Origin: Polyangiales bacterium
GTDB lineage: Bacteria; Myxococcota_A; Polyangia; Polyangiales; Houyiibacteriaceae
Direction: 5' to 3'
NCBI GenBank assembly: GCA_045106895.1
Contig: JBGCFM010000039.1
Span: 32,001 to 96,000, forward strand
Length of the DNA: 64,000 nt
Shown here: positions 49,302 to 59,104 of the stretch, in pieces
Position numbering within the stretch: position 1 is the stretch's first letter
Layout of the letters: every line of letters begins with the position of its first letter
Notes under the pieces: generated by a model
What the model was told of the DNA's origin: nothing
What the model saw: only the letters and a program-made list of their open reading frames with translations
Database searches by the model: none
Position numbers and translations under genes: made by a program

Positions 49302-50738
49302 CTATTCTGGGAGACCGGCGAGGAGAGACTCGAGGGCCCCCGCCGCCGTTGCTTGTCCAGCGCCGTCGCCCCACCCCGGCACGGCGCTATGAATTCCCAC
49401 AACTGCGCCAGTGGCGTCGAGGAGCGGGGCTCCGGAAGGCAAGATGGCTTCGTAACGCATCTGGTCGCCTTCGCTGCTGACGACCAGCGGCGTCGCGACG
49501 AGACCCTGGACGCTGTAGCCGAGGGCCACGAGGTGGGTATCGCCGGCTTCGCCCAGGTTGACGACGAGGGGCAACGCGCGATCGACCTCGACGAGGCCAA
49601 CGTCCGCGGCGCCAGACGCGGCGTCAAACTCGGGGTGACGCCACAGGCGACTCACCCGATAGCGCTCGGCACCTTGCACAACCTCAACAAAGGCGCCGCC
49701 GCGCTGACGTTGTTCGATCTCGAGAACGCAGCGAGCGCTCGTCGCGAGGAGCGACGGGCGAACGGCGAAGGCGGTGCAGAAAGGAGCGTCCTGGCCGCCG
49801 ATGCGACCGACGAGCTGAAGAAGCGCTTCTTGGTTCGCCGCAGCGACGCGGGCCGGGTCAGGCGGAGAGCTGCGTGCAAACACGGCGACGAGAAGAGCGA
49901 CGGCGGCGATACAAAAGAGGATGGCGAGCACCCCAACGCCGACCTTCAGCGCCATCGGTGTCTCGTCGCCGCTGACGGCCGCCTTGGTGAGTTCGCCGAG
50001 GGTCGGGTCCGCGTGCCGCTGAGAGCTTGGCGATGGCGCGGCGTGAAACTGCGGAGCGGGCTGAGCGGGCTGAGCGGGCTGCGCGGGCTGAGCGGGCTGC
50101 GCGGGCACTCCCCATTGCGACACCGGAGCAGCTGTGGGAGGCGGGCTCGCGGGGGAGGGAGCCACAGCGTCGCTCGCCGGAGTCAGCGGACCCGTGGCCG
50201 CGCCAGGGAGCGCGAAGGGCGTCGGCGCCCATCGCGCGTGCTCGGGCGGAGGCGTTGCGGCGGGTGTCGTCGTCTGCACAGGTGCTGCGGCGGGTGGTGC
50301 TGCGGCGGGTGCTGCTGCGGCGGGTGGTGCTGCGGCCATCGGTGCCGCGGGGGTGGACGCTGCCGGGGTCGTATCGACAGCGGAAACGGGAATGCCCGAG
50401 GGCGTCGCCTGCGTCTTCGCGTAGGAGAGGTCGACGCTGGCCTCCTCCACCGTGAACAACGCGCCGTCTTCACCGAGCCGAATCGTATCGCCCGGGGTGA
50501 CGATCTGACGTCCGATGCGCGCGCCGTTGATGAACGTTCCGTTGCGGCTTCCGCAGTCGACCACCACCCAATGTGAGTTCTGAACAATGATCTCCGCGTG
50601 ACGACCCGAGACGTCGAGGTCCTTGTGGGCGTCGAGTGGGACCTCGCTGTCGGGCATACGACCCATGCGAACGGGTCCCTGTTGAAACTCCACGACACGA
50701 CCGTCGTGCGCGCCGCCGGTTTGACGAAGTCGAATCAT
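49302..50738 (-). CDS. FHA domain + Pro/Ala/Gln linker + TM + degenerate trypsin-like domain
   Basis: MGR..S.RHA..D.GS.NGTFING (FHA); CTAFAV...LATSARCV, HP...DVGLV, SGAPLLD..G.VVGI. Confidence 0.85.
   Translation of the reverse strand: MIRLRQTGGAHDGRVVEFQQGPVRMGRMPDSEVPLDAHKDLDVSGRHAEIIVQNSHWVVVDCGSRNGTFINGARIGRQIVTPGDTIRLGEDGALFTVEEASVDLSYAKTQATPSGIPVSAVDTTPAASTPAAPMAAAPPAAAAPAAAPPAAAPVQTTTPAATPPPEHARWAPTPFALPGAATGPLTPASDAVAPSPASPPPTAAPVSQWGVPAQPAQPAQPAQPAQPAPQFHAAPSPSSQRHADPTLGELTKAAVSGDETPMALKVGVGVLAILFCIAAVALLVAVFARSSPPDPARVAAANQEALLQLVGRIGGQDAPFCTAFAVRPSLLATSARCVLEIEQRQRGGAFVEVVQGAERYRVSRLWRHPEFDAASGAADVGLVEVDRALPLVVNLGEAGDTHLVALGYSVQGLVATPLVVSSEGDQMRYEAILPSGAPLLDATGAVVGIHSAVPGWGDGAGQATAAGALESLLAGLPE
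50056..50105. repeat. 9-bp tandem repeat encoding (PAQ)n
   Basis: GCGGGCTG(A/C) repeated about 5 times within the FHA protein linker. Confidence 0.8.
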
Positions 50739-50851
50739 GCGCTTGTGACACCAAGGCGGAAGAGAAGCTTGGGCCGAAGCCCTCTTGCTCTATTCATGGT
50801 GAACCATGCTGCATTGTTACCTCGACGCGCCATGTGTCGTGGGCGCGTGCG

Positions 50852-52822
50852 CTAGAACGGGTTGTCAGGAGTGGCGATCATGCCGGGCGGACGGGGCGTC
50901 GCCGTCGTCGTCTCCATGACCGCGGTCATCGGAGTGGTCGTCGTCATCGGACTCGTCGTCGTCATCGGACTCGTCGTCATCGGCGTAACCGCTGGCGTCG
51001 GCTCTTCCGCCGGCTCGCTTGGTTCCTCGGGAGTCACTTCTTCCGCCGGCTCTTCGACGGGCTCTTCTGTACCCTCGGTGTCGACTCCAGCGGGCATCAT
51101 GAGATCGATTCGTGTCGCTTCCTCGAGCGTGACCATCTGTGAGGCGATGGCGCTGCCAGCGACGCGAGCTTCAACAGTGTAGGCACCAGGAGGCAGCTCC
51201 ACTTCGTTGTCAAAGTTGTAGTCGAGGGGTCCGTGGTTTACGTCATCGACGTAGAGTTCGGCTCCGGCGATGTCCGTGTGCACCGTAAGCGCCACAGTCT
51301 CGTCTTCTACTTCTTCGGGCTCGTCGACGGGCAGATCCTCCGGTTCGACGGTCGTGGTTTCGCCTTCGTCGACGCCCTCCTCATCGCCCTGCATCATGAA
51401 GTAGGCGATGACTGCGACGACGAGCACGCAGACCAATGCGATGGGCCAGAGGGAGCCCTCGCCGTCGTCCGCGCTCGTGGCGCGCACTTCGCCGGTACCG
51501 CGTTTGACGTCGGCCCCTGGCTTGCGCACAGAGCTCTTCATGGTGGGCTCCCGCGGGGGAAGCGAGTGGCCCATCACGGCGTCTGGCGGGGGCAACGGAT
51601 ACTGCATGTACGAGGGCTTCACGGAGTCCCCGACGGGCTGCAGGCCGTCACCTTCGAAGTCCGCGACGATGCACGTGATGTTGTCGTGGCCACCGCCGGC
51701 GTTGGCCAGCTCGATGAGCTGACGCGCCACGTCTTCCTGGCTCTCCGTCTCCGCCATGACCTCTTGAATCATCTCGGCGTGAACGAGCCCCGACAGACCG
51801 TCGCTGCAGAGCATGATGCGGTCGCCGCGCCGGAGCTCGACGAACGTCAGATCGACGGACACTTCCTCGGTGGTTCCGAGCGCCTGCAGAATGATGTTCG
51901 AATGCTCGAAGGCTTCGGCTTCTTCTTCTGTGAGCTGTCCAGCCTCGATGAGCTGATTGACGAGGCTCTGGTCCTTCGTGATGAGCGTCAGAACGCCTTC
52001 GCGAAGGATGTAGCAACGCGAATCACCAACCTGTCCGACAAAGAGAAAGCGATCGATGAGCCCGGCGGCCGTCGCTGTGGTTCCCATTCCGCGTTTGGAG
52101 CGGTCCATCTTGGCGGAAGAGAAAATGCGGGCGCCGGCTTCTTCGACAGCAAAGACGAGGCGGTGGGCGAACATATCGCGATCCCTCGCGACGCCTCCGG
52201 CCTGCATAACTTCGTGAATCGTGTCGACGGCCATCTGGCTGGCGACTTCACCTGCGGCTGCGCCGCCCATTCCGTCGCAGACCGCGAGAACGAGGCCACG
52301 CTCACCAACAATCGTCGAACGGCTCTCGTTCTCGTCATCCGGAGCTGGGCCACGGACCTCTGCCTCCATGTCGACGGTGACGAGGTTGTCTTCGTTGTGT
52401 TCGCGGATCAGCCCGACGTCGGTCGTGCCGTAATAGCGGCACTCGATGATGCCGTCCTCTTGCGCGGGAATTGCGATGGCCGCGCGGCTGGGTTCGTCGT
52501 CGGCTTCGACGGGGAACTCGTCTTCGTCCTCGTCTTTTTCGTCGCTCTCGTCTTCAGCCTGCTCGTCTTCGGCCTGCTCGTCGTCACTCGCGTCTTCGTC
52601 GCCTCCGGCGCCTTCGTCGTTCGCGCTCTTATCTTCAGCGTCATCGTCTTCAGCGCCCTTGGTCACGCTGTCATCAATGGTGTCTTCCAGCATTCGGCCT
52701 GCGCCCTCATCGATCGTGTCGTCGTTCATGCCGTCCGCACCGTCATCGGAAGAGGTTGTCGAGTCTGCCTCCACTTCCTCGTTCTCGTCGGGTCCACTTA
52801 GTTCTTCGTCAACGTCGCTCAC
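50852..52822 (-). CDS. PP2C/Stp1 Ser/Thr phosphatase with acidic N-terminus, TM and PEGA-like domain
   Basis: TDVGLIREHNED, VCDGMGG..AGEVAS, GMGTT, VGDSR, LCSDGL, GG.DNIT; GAELYVD (PEGA-like); PMTT repeats. GTGA overlap with the upstream gene. Confidence 0.93.
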   Translation of the reverse strand: MSDVDEELSGPDENEEVEADSTTSSDDGADGMNDDTIDEGAGRMLEDTIDDSVTKGAEDDDAEDKSANDEGAGGDEDASDDEQAEDEQAEDESDEKDEDEDEFPVEADDEPSRAAIAIPAQEDGIIECRYYGTTDVGLIREHNEDNLVTVDMEAEVRGPAPDDENESRSTIVGERGLVLAVCDGMGGAAAGEVASQMAVDTIHEVMQAGGVARDRDMFAHRLVFAVEEAGARIFSSAKMDRSKRGMGTTATAAGLIDRFLFVGQVGDSRCYILREGVLTLITKDQSLVNQLIEAGQLTEEEAEAFEHSNIILQALGTTEEVSVDLTFVELRRGDRIMLCSDGLSGLVHAEMIQEVMAETESQEDVARQLIELANAGGGHDNITCIVADFEGDGLQPVGDSVKPSYMQYPLPPPDAVMGHSLPPREPTMKSSVRKPGADVKRGTGEVRATSADDGEGSLWPIALVCVLVVAVIAYFMMQGDEEGVDEGETTTVEPEDLPVDEPEEVEDETVALTVHTDIAGAELYVDDVNHGPLDYNFDNEVELPPGAYTVEARVAGSAIASQMVTLEEATRIDLMMPAGVDTEGTEEPVEEPAEEVTPEEPSEPAEEPTPAVTPMTTSPMTTTSPMTTTTPMTAVMETTTATPRPPGMIATPDNPF

Positions 52823-54000
52823 GCGGGGCCTCCGGCGTCAAAACGAAAGAGGTGTCGGCCCAGTCGAAACTGTTGGCCGTTTCGGATCTGCCGCTCGCCG
52901 CGAAGACGGACGGATGTGCCGTTTGCAGAACCGAGATCCCGAAGGGTCACTCGCTTGGTCCCCCGGTCGGCCACGAGTACCGCGTGCCGCCGTGAGAGAA
53001 ATGGATCGTCAGTAAACACGATGTCGCCAGTTTCCCGTCCGAGCACGGTCTCGTCACGATACAGGTAATGCACGTCGCGGCCTACCCCTTCCGTCGTGTA
53101 CTGAACGAGTCGGGCAAAACGAGGTACTTCTGGGGTGCCAAAGGCCAAAACGCCTTTGACGCGGGCCGGACCCAAAGAAAGCTCGGAGTCATCTAGCAGT
53201 TCGAGCCGGAGAACCTGCTGACCCACGAGGATACGATCGCCATCTCGAAGTTCGACTGCCTCCGTGAGCCGAAGGTAGATGCCGTTCACGCTGGCAAGGT
53301 CCTTGAGAATGAACCCGCTGCCATCCCGGGACACGCGGGCGTGACGGGGAGAGAGGTACGCATCCTCGGGCAGAACGATATCTCCCTCCGTGCGACCGAT
53401 GTCGTTGTGCTCACCGTGAAGGGTAAAAGTCTGACCGTCCGAGCCGTCTTTGCGGATGGACACCAAGCGAGCCGCACCCACGGAGGGCGCGAGGGGCGAC
53501 TTGGGCGTTGAGTTTGTGGTCGTTGGGCCGTCGTCCGGAATGCCGGAAGGTCCGTCGTAAGGAGCGCCGCAGAACTTACAGAAAGCTCCACCATCGCCGA
53601 CACCTTGGCAGCGCCCACATGTTCGGGCGGGCTCGGCAATGTTTGGCTTCGGAGCGACGACAGTGCGATCGGCGCCAGCGTGTGGCGTGGGTCCACCCGG
53701 CGCGACGACGGGTGCCGGCGCCGCTTGTGGCGGAGGCGGCTGAACCGCCGACTGAACAAAGGGCGTCGGCGCGGGCCCAGCCGCGGGCGGCGGAGCCGGA
53801 GCCGGAGCAGGCGCAGGCTCACCGGCGCCCACCAAGGAGTTGCCGCAGTGAACGCAGAAGCGCATGTGCGGCTGGTTGTCCCCGTGGCAGCGGCCGCAAC
53901 GCGACATCGCTGGGGCGCTCGCCTCTTCCAGGCGCGTGCCACACTGCTGACAGAAAAGACTGCCAGATCGGTTCTCTAAGCCACAGTTGGGGCAGCCCAT
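52819..54000 (-). CDS. zinc-ribbon + tandem FHA domain protein
   Basis: Three CxxC..FCxxCG ribbons; two FHA domains (IGR..D.YLS.RHA..DL.SVNG and LGR..D.FLSRRHA..DLGSANGT). Confidence 0.92.
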   Translation of the reverse strand: MGCPNCGLENRSGSLFCQQCGTRLEEASAPAMSRCGRCHGDNQPHMRFCVHCGNSLVGAGEPAPAPAPAPPPAAGPAPTPFVQSAVQPPPPQAAPAPVVAPGGPTPHAGADRTVVAPKPNIAEPARTCGRCQGVGDGGAFCKFCGAPYDGPSGIPDDGPTTTNSTPKSPLAPSVGAARLVSIRKDGSDGQTFTLHGEHNDIGRTEGDIVLPEDAYLSPRHARVSRDGSGFILKDLASVNGIYLRLTEAVELRDGDRILVGQQVLRLELLDDSELSLGPARVKGVLAFGTPEVPRFARLVQYTTEGVGRDVHYLYRDETVLGRETGDIVFTDDPFLSRRHAVLVADRGTKRVTLRDLGSANGTSVRLRGERQIRNGQQFRLGRHLFRFDAGGPA

Positions 54001-54158
54001 CGGGCGGGATTGGACCCCGCCGGACCCCTCCAAGTCAAGGGAATCGGTGCTTCCGCCCCCCCGGACACTCGTGCGCCGGTCTCAACGGACGAAGAGAAGT
54101 CGTCTCGGCCACGTCCCCGGAGCCTCAAAAGAGGGTTTCTAGCCCTGAATGAGGTACT

Positions 54159-54809
54159 TCAGGGAGCCTCGAGGAGCACGAGGCCGAAGGTCAACGCTGC
54201 GGCCACGTCGACGCCGAAATCCGCCGCCCGATCGACGCCGTCGCTTCGCGTGCGGAAACCGTTGGTCGCGAACACCCGCAAACTGAGCTGAGAGGTGAAA
54301 GCGAGGCGGGAGGTGAGTTCGAGCTCGACCCCAGCGGTGCCTTCTAGACCTGCGCCGACCGCGTTCCGCCGAAAGACGTCACCGAGGAGTAGAAAACCGA
54401 GCCCAACACCGACAAAAGGGTGGGCGAGCTTCTCTTTGAGGCCGTAGTAGCGGAAATGTGCCTTGAAGAACTGCACTGTGGTCAGCTCGAAGACGGCGTT
54501 GCCGTTGAGGAACCACAGGTCGTAGCCGAAGCCGACGGCGGGTCCGCGGGGCCAGCGCCACTCGGAGAGCGCGCCTACGCCTCCCCCGCCTCCGAAAATA
54601 CAGGCGGCGTCTGGTGGGCAGAGGGGATCTCGGGCCACCGGAAATACGAAGGACATGTAGAATTCGCCGACTCGGTGGGGCCCGAGCGAATCCGGCGGCG
54701 GCGGCAGCTCAAAACGTTCCTCCTCGTCTTGGGCCAGGGCCAAGCGTGGTGGTGCCAGGGCGAAGAGCAGCCCCCCACAAATCCAGAACGTGATCACTTT
54801 GATTGACAC
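54159..54809 (-). CDS. probable small outer-membrane beta-barrel protein
   Basis: Signal peptide (ALA/Q); HPFVGVGLG, AGVE and other amphipathic strands. Confidence 0.7.
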   Translation of the reverse strand: MSIKVITFWICGGLLFALAPPRLALAQDEEERFELPPPPDSLGPHRVGEFYMSFVFPVARDPLCPPDAACIFGGGGGVGALSEWRWPRGPAVGFGYDLWFLNGNAVFELTTVQFFKAHFRYYGLKEKLAHPFVGVGLGFLLLGDVFRRNAVGAGLEGTAGVELELTSRLAFTSQLSLRVFATNGFRTRSDGVDRAADFGVDVAAALTFGLVLLEAP

Positions 54810-54883
54810 CAACGATTCGCTTTCTATAGTCGCGGCCGTTCCGCCGAGGCGGGGCAAAAAACGAATATAGCAGGTGACCGGTC

Positions 54884-55225
54884 ATGGAGATCTACCTCGA
54901 TAAGCGCGCAGTGCGACAAATCCGACTTTCCGCGTCGGATGCCATCGAAGATGGCGACAACGAAACTCTCCGCGAGGACCTCATCGAGCTCTTTAACGAC
55001 GATGAAGTCGAAGAGATCGAGCGGCGCACGGACGCCGGGGACATCTACAGCTTTATCGCGGAGATCCTCGACGAGTGGGATGCTGAAGACGTCGATGAGC
55101 TCTTCGAGCTTCTTGAAGGCCAACTCTCCGATGCGGACATCGAGCTGAAGTACACGTCGCCGGATGGTGACGACGAGGACGACGAGGACGACGACGACGA
55201 CGACGACCTCGACGACGACCTCTAA
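54884..55225 (+). CDS. small, extremely acidic protein
   Basis: RBS AGGTG; about 48/113 residues D/E; poly-Asp tail. Confidence 0.85.
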   Translation: MEIYLDKRAVRQIRLSASDAIEDGDNETLREDLIELFNDDEVEEIERRTDAGDIYSFIAEILDEWDAEDVDELFELLEGQLSDADIELKYTSPDGDDEDDEDDDDDDDLDDDL

Positions 55226-55241
55226 TAGGACGGTTTGGAGC

Positions 55242-55850
55242 TCAGCTCCTTCGTCGGGCGCTGAGAACGAGGTCGGATACGATCTGACCAAGCCGCCCGT
55301 CTTCGAGGAGCTCGGGTGCGTAGAGGAGCGCGCCTTGAACGGCTCCACGTACGGCAAAGATCATGGCGACTTTTCGTGCGTGCAGTGCCGCTTCGCTCAT
55401 CGCGGGAAAGAGCTCATTCATGACGGGGCCGAAGAGCGCGAACACCTCTTCCTCCGCCTCCTCGATGGCCGTGTGGTCCCAGCTTCGTGGTACTTCCGCC
55501 AGAAGACGACGCCTTAGCGCGACATCGCCGACGCTCGATGAGCAAAACACCTGGATGGCGTTGTGTACGCGCTCTTCGGCGCTGCCTTCTTGTTCCAAGG
55601 CTGCGCGAATGCCGTCCTGCACCTTCTGATTGATCCGGCGAGCGACCCCAGCGATGACCGCTTCTTTGCTCGGGAAGTACTGGTAGAGGGACCCGATACT
55701 GACGCCGGCACGTTTGGCGATAGCGTTTGTCGTCATGGGCTCGAGGCCCGTCTCCATCAGTAGGGACGAGCCCGCATCGAGGATGCTCGCGACGATGTCC
55801 TCCCCGGAACGTCGAGAGGGTCGTTTTCGAGGCTCGGTGTTCGCGCTCAT
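55242..55850 (-). CDS. TetR/AcrR-family regulator
   Basis: TTNAIAKRAGVSIGSLYQYFPSKEA. Confidence 0.95.
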   Translation of the reverse strand: MSANTEPRKRPSRRSGEDIVASILDAGSSLLMETGLEPMTTNAIAKRAGVSIGSLYQYFPSKEAVIAGVARRINQKVQDGIRAALEQEGSAEERVHNAIQVFCSSSVGDVALRRRLLAEVPRSWDHTAIEEAEEEVFALFGPVMNELFPAMSEAALHARKVAMIFAVRGAVQGALLYAPELLEDGRLGQIVSDLVLSARRRS

Positions 55851-56013
55851 GGAGCGACCGACTAGAGCACAATCTTTGTGTGACCCGTGATTGTTTCGCG
55901 AGCAGCGCGCCCCGTCAACGCCTCACAGTCGCCTCAAACTATTGAAATCACTTGGTTTTACGACACAAAAGAACGCGAGTTGAGGGCATCTTCTGCTCGT
56001 CTAGGGTCAGGGC

Positions 56014-58938
56014 ATGAACACAAAGACTTTGGTCGCGCTCAGCGCGATGGCGATGCTCCTTGCCTGTGGTGATGACGACAGCCCCACGGACGCCGGGCCC
56101 AGCGGCGATGCCGCCGATGTCGGGAGCGACGCCTCTGTGGATGGATCCGTGGACGGCGAGGTGGGCGACGCCGGTCCCGTGCCGCTTCCGCCCCTCGGCC
56201 TCGCCGGCGATGCACGCGCCGTCCAGGACACGCGCGGCATGTGGCACATCTACGGCGAGAGCGAAGAGGACGTGTATCGTGTCGAGGGCTACCTTCAGGC
56301 GCGCGACCGCTTCGGGCAGATGATCTTCCTGCGTCGCGCCGTCCGCGGCGAGCTCACGGAGATCATTCCCGCGGCCTTCAGTCCTGCGCTCATCGGCCAA
56401 GACACGGCGGCGCGTTTCCTCGGCTACCGCCGTCACGCGGAAGCCACCTGGGCCGCGATGCAAGAGAACGACCCGGATAACGCGGCGATCTTCGTGGCGT
56501 TCTCCGCCGGCGTCAACGCGTACATCGAACAGATCGAAGCGGGCGTCGCGACGTTGCCGCGCGGCATCGCCGACGTCTTTGGTGTTGTCGGGCTGACGAC
56601 GTACAAGCGCTGGGAGCCTGTGGATTCTCTGGCCATTGCGAAGTTCCTGGCCGCGTCTTTGTCCATCGAAGTGCGCCGCGACCTGGAGCGCTCGCTTAGC
56701 CGAGAGGCGTGGGCCGAGACCTTCCCAAGCGATTCGACGGACCCGCGCCGCGCAGCTCTTTCGGATGCCTACTTGGACGTCTTCTCGTTCGAGGCGGCGG
56801 AGAAGGCGTACACGGCGGATGGATTTCCGAGCGTCCCCGAGAGCATCGCCCTCCGCGACGCGCCGGCGCCCCGCACGCATGTCGACGTGGACTCGCTTCG
56901 CGCCGCGCTCCCCATCGCCGACGCCATCGAGTCCCACTTTGCGACTTGGTTCGGCGACGGCTCCCGCGGCTCGAACAGCTGGGCCATCGCCGCAGACCGG
57001 AGCGCCGGCGGCCACCCGGTACTGGCTAACGACCCGCACTTGGCGCTGCCGAGCCCTCCCCTTCACTGGCAGGCGCAGCTCAACACGAAGAACGCCGGAG
57101 GCCAGCTCAACGTTGCCGGCCTTGTCTTCGCCGGCACCCCTTTGGTGCTCTTTGGCTACAACGATGACATCGCCTGGGGTCTGACCGTTGGTCGACTCGA
57201 CGTGACGGACACCTACGCGGAGACCCTCGAAGACGACGCGGTGGTGTTTGACCCGGACCCGAGCGACGGCACACCCGCCGAGCGCCGCGCTCTGGTCCGC
57301 ATCACCGAGACGCTGACGCAGACCGACGGAAGCGAGATGGACGTGACCTTCGAGCTTGTGCCCATCGGCCCGGCGGCGGACCCGATGGCGGCGACGCGCA
57401 TCATCATTCCCGAAAGTCGAACGGAGACCAGCGCGATCTCTGTTCGCTGGACCGGCATGGGGAGCACTTCGGAGCTGACCACCATCGCGGACATGAGCCG
57501 CGCGACGAGCGTGAACGAAGCCGTCGACGCTCTTGAGTTTTTCACCGTCGGCGGCGTGAACTGGACCATCATCGACGAAGAGAACATCTACTGGCGTGAC
57601 CAAGCTTTCGTGCCCGTGCGCGACCCTCGCGCCCTGACCTTCGACGCGGAGACCGGCGAAGGCGATGCGCCTTGCTTTGTTCTTCCGGGCACGGGCGAAT
57701 ACGAGTGGCTCCGAGAGGCGAACGAGGCTCTCGGCGCGAACGATCGCGGCTTCCTCGAGTCGAGCCTTCTTCCGCAGCTGCGCAACCCCGCGAGCGGCTT
57801 CATCGCCACGGCGAACGCGGACCCCGTGGGCGTCACCGACGACGGCAACCCCTTCGACTCGGACTACTACATCGGCTGGCGTTTTGAGTCGCACCGCATG
57901 GCGCGCATCGACGAGCGACTGACGGAGCTCGTCGCCCGCGGCGACGTGACGCTGGAAGAGTCCATGGAACTTCAGGGTGACAAGCGCTCTCCCATTGGCG
58001 CCATGACCCGCGACGCCATCGTCGCCGAGCTGACGCGGGCATTGGAAGAAGCGGAGAGCGCCGGAACGCACAGTGATCTTCAGACGCTTGTGGCGGACCT
58101 CGACGCGGGCGCCGTAGCAGCGCTGACCTCCGCGCGGGATCGCCTCGAGGCGTGGAGCTTCGAAGCGGAGTCCGGCCTCGACGCCGACGGGACGCTCACC
58201 TCGAACGTTCAAGCGAACGCGGACAGCATCGCAACGACGATCTTCAACGTCGCGATGACGCGTATTCATAGCGGCCTCATCGACGACGAGATCGCCGCTC
58301 TCAACCCTGGCGTAGACTGCGCGACGGAAGCCTGTACGCCGCCCGGCGACGCGTTCTACACCCTCGCGCTCTCGGAGCCCACGCGCCTGCGCAGCTACGA
58401 CGCGGAGCTTGGCGACACGCCGATGTGGGACGACCTCAGCACGGAGGTCGTGGAGACGCGCGGCGTCATCGTCGTGCGGAGCGTGGTCGCAGCTCTCGCC
58501 TACTTGGCAGAACGCCTCGAGTCCGAGGACATGGAGACGTGGCAGTGGGGACGCTTGCACACCATTCGTTTCGCGACGGTGGTCCCGCAGCTTGGCGAAG
58601 ATCTCTTGAGCATTCCCACCGTGGAGAACGAGATCGTGCCCGGCGGCTTCCCCCGCGGAGGCGACCGAGAGAGCGTCGATGTGGCGAACTTTGGTTCGCG
58701 TAGCCTCGAGGACTTCAGCTACAACAACGGGGCCATTCAGCGCCTCGTGGTGGAGATGGGACCGGACGGCCCCCGCGTGTTCAACGCGCTGCCCGGCGGA
58801 AACGCCTACGACCCCGACAGCCCGCACCAGGCGGACGAGGTGGAGTTTTGGCGACGCAACGAAGCGCCTCAGGTGTTTCACACGAACGAAGACGTGATGG
58901 CAAACATGGAGCGCGAGCTCAACTTCGTAGCGGAGTAG
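56014..58938 (+). CDS. penicillin/AHL acylase family (Ntn hydrolase, S45) lipoprotein
   Basis: Lipobox LLAC; D..G..HIY, GY.QARDRF.Q, GSNSWAI (catalytic Ser), LANDPHL, TAN, WQWG.LH, LPGG. Confidence 0.93.
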   Translation: MNTKTLVALSAMAMLLACGDDDSPTDAGPSGDAADVGSDASVDGSVDGEVGDAGPVPLPPLGLAGDARAVQDTRGMWHIYGESEEDVYRVEGYLQARDRFGQMIFLRRAVRGELTEIIPAAFSPALIGQDTAARFLGYRRHAEATWAAMQENDPDNAAIFVAFSAGVNAYIEQIEAGVATLPRGIADVFGVVGLTTYKRWEPVDSLAIAKFLAASLSIEVRRDLERSLSREAWAETFPSDSTDPRRAALSDAYLDVFSFEAAEKAYTADGFPSVPESIALRDAPAPRTHVDVDSLRAALPIADAIESHFATWFGDGSRGSNSWAIAADRSAGGHPVLANDPHLALPSPPLHWQAQLNTKNAGGQLNVAGLVFAGTPLVLFGYNDDIAWGLTVGRLDVTDTYAETLEDDAVVFDPDPSDGTPAERRALVRITETLTQTDGSEMDVTFELVPIGPAADPMAATRIIIPESRTETSAISVRWTGMGSTSELTTIADMSRATSVNEAVDALEFFTVGGVNWTIIDEENIYWRDQAFVPVRDPRALTFDAETGEGDAPCFVLPGTGEYEWLREANEALGANDRGFLESSLLPQLRNPASGFIATANADPVGVTDDGNPFDSDYYIGWRFESHRMARIDERLTELVARGDVTLEESMELQGDKRSPIGAMTRDAIVAELTRALEEAESAGTHSDLQTLVADLDAGAVAALTSARDRLEAWSFEAESGLDADGTLTSNVQANADSIATTIFNVAMTRIHSGLIDDEIAALNPGVDCATEACTPPGDAFYTLALSEPTRLRSYDAELGDTPMWDDLSTEVVETRGVIVVRSVVAALAYLAERLESEDMETWQWGRLHTIRFATVVPQLGEDLLSIPTVENEIVPGGFPRGGDRESVDVANFGSRSLEDFSYNNGAIQRLVVEMGPDGPRVFNALPGGNAYDPDSPHQADEVEFWRRNEAPQVFHTNEDVMANMERELNFVAE

Positions 58939-58959
58939 GACGGCGTGCAAAATGACGAC

Positions 58960-58995
58960 GACGCCGTGTCTTAGGTGGACACGGCGTCTTTCTCT
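58960..58995 (+). terminator. intrinsic terminator after the acylase
   Basis: GACGCCGTGTC-N7-GACACGGCGTC followed by TTTCTCT. Confidence 0.75.
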
Positions 58996-59104
58996 CGTCA
59001 ACCAGCATTCGTTAGAGAACAGGCACCATTCGTTCAGCCTAACAGAACGTTTGATATGGCACATCGACGGTGGGATTTTGTCCGCCGCGCCGCTACAATA
59101 CGAT

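Noticed and set aside
50280..50985. 15-bp AAAPP-coding and PMTT-coding tandem repeats
   Set aside because: In-frame low-complexity linker expansions; no sign of phase variation.
59006..59034. CATTCGTT direct repeat at 21-bp spacing upstream of the RCC1 lipoprotein
   Set aside because: Only two 8-mers; could be a regulator site but cannot be separated from chance without comparative data.
55948..59064. 1038-aa minus-strand ORF (likewise 8170-9675, 51233-52801, 20442-22352, 5779-7062)
   Set aside because: Antisense shadows of well-supported genes, expected in high-GC DNA with strong codon bias; no motifs.
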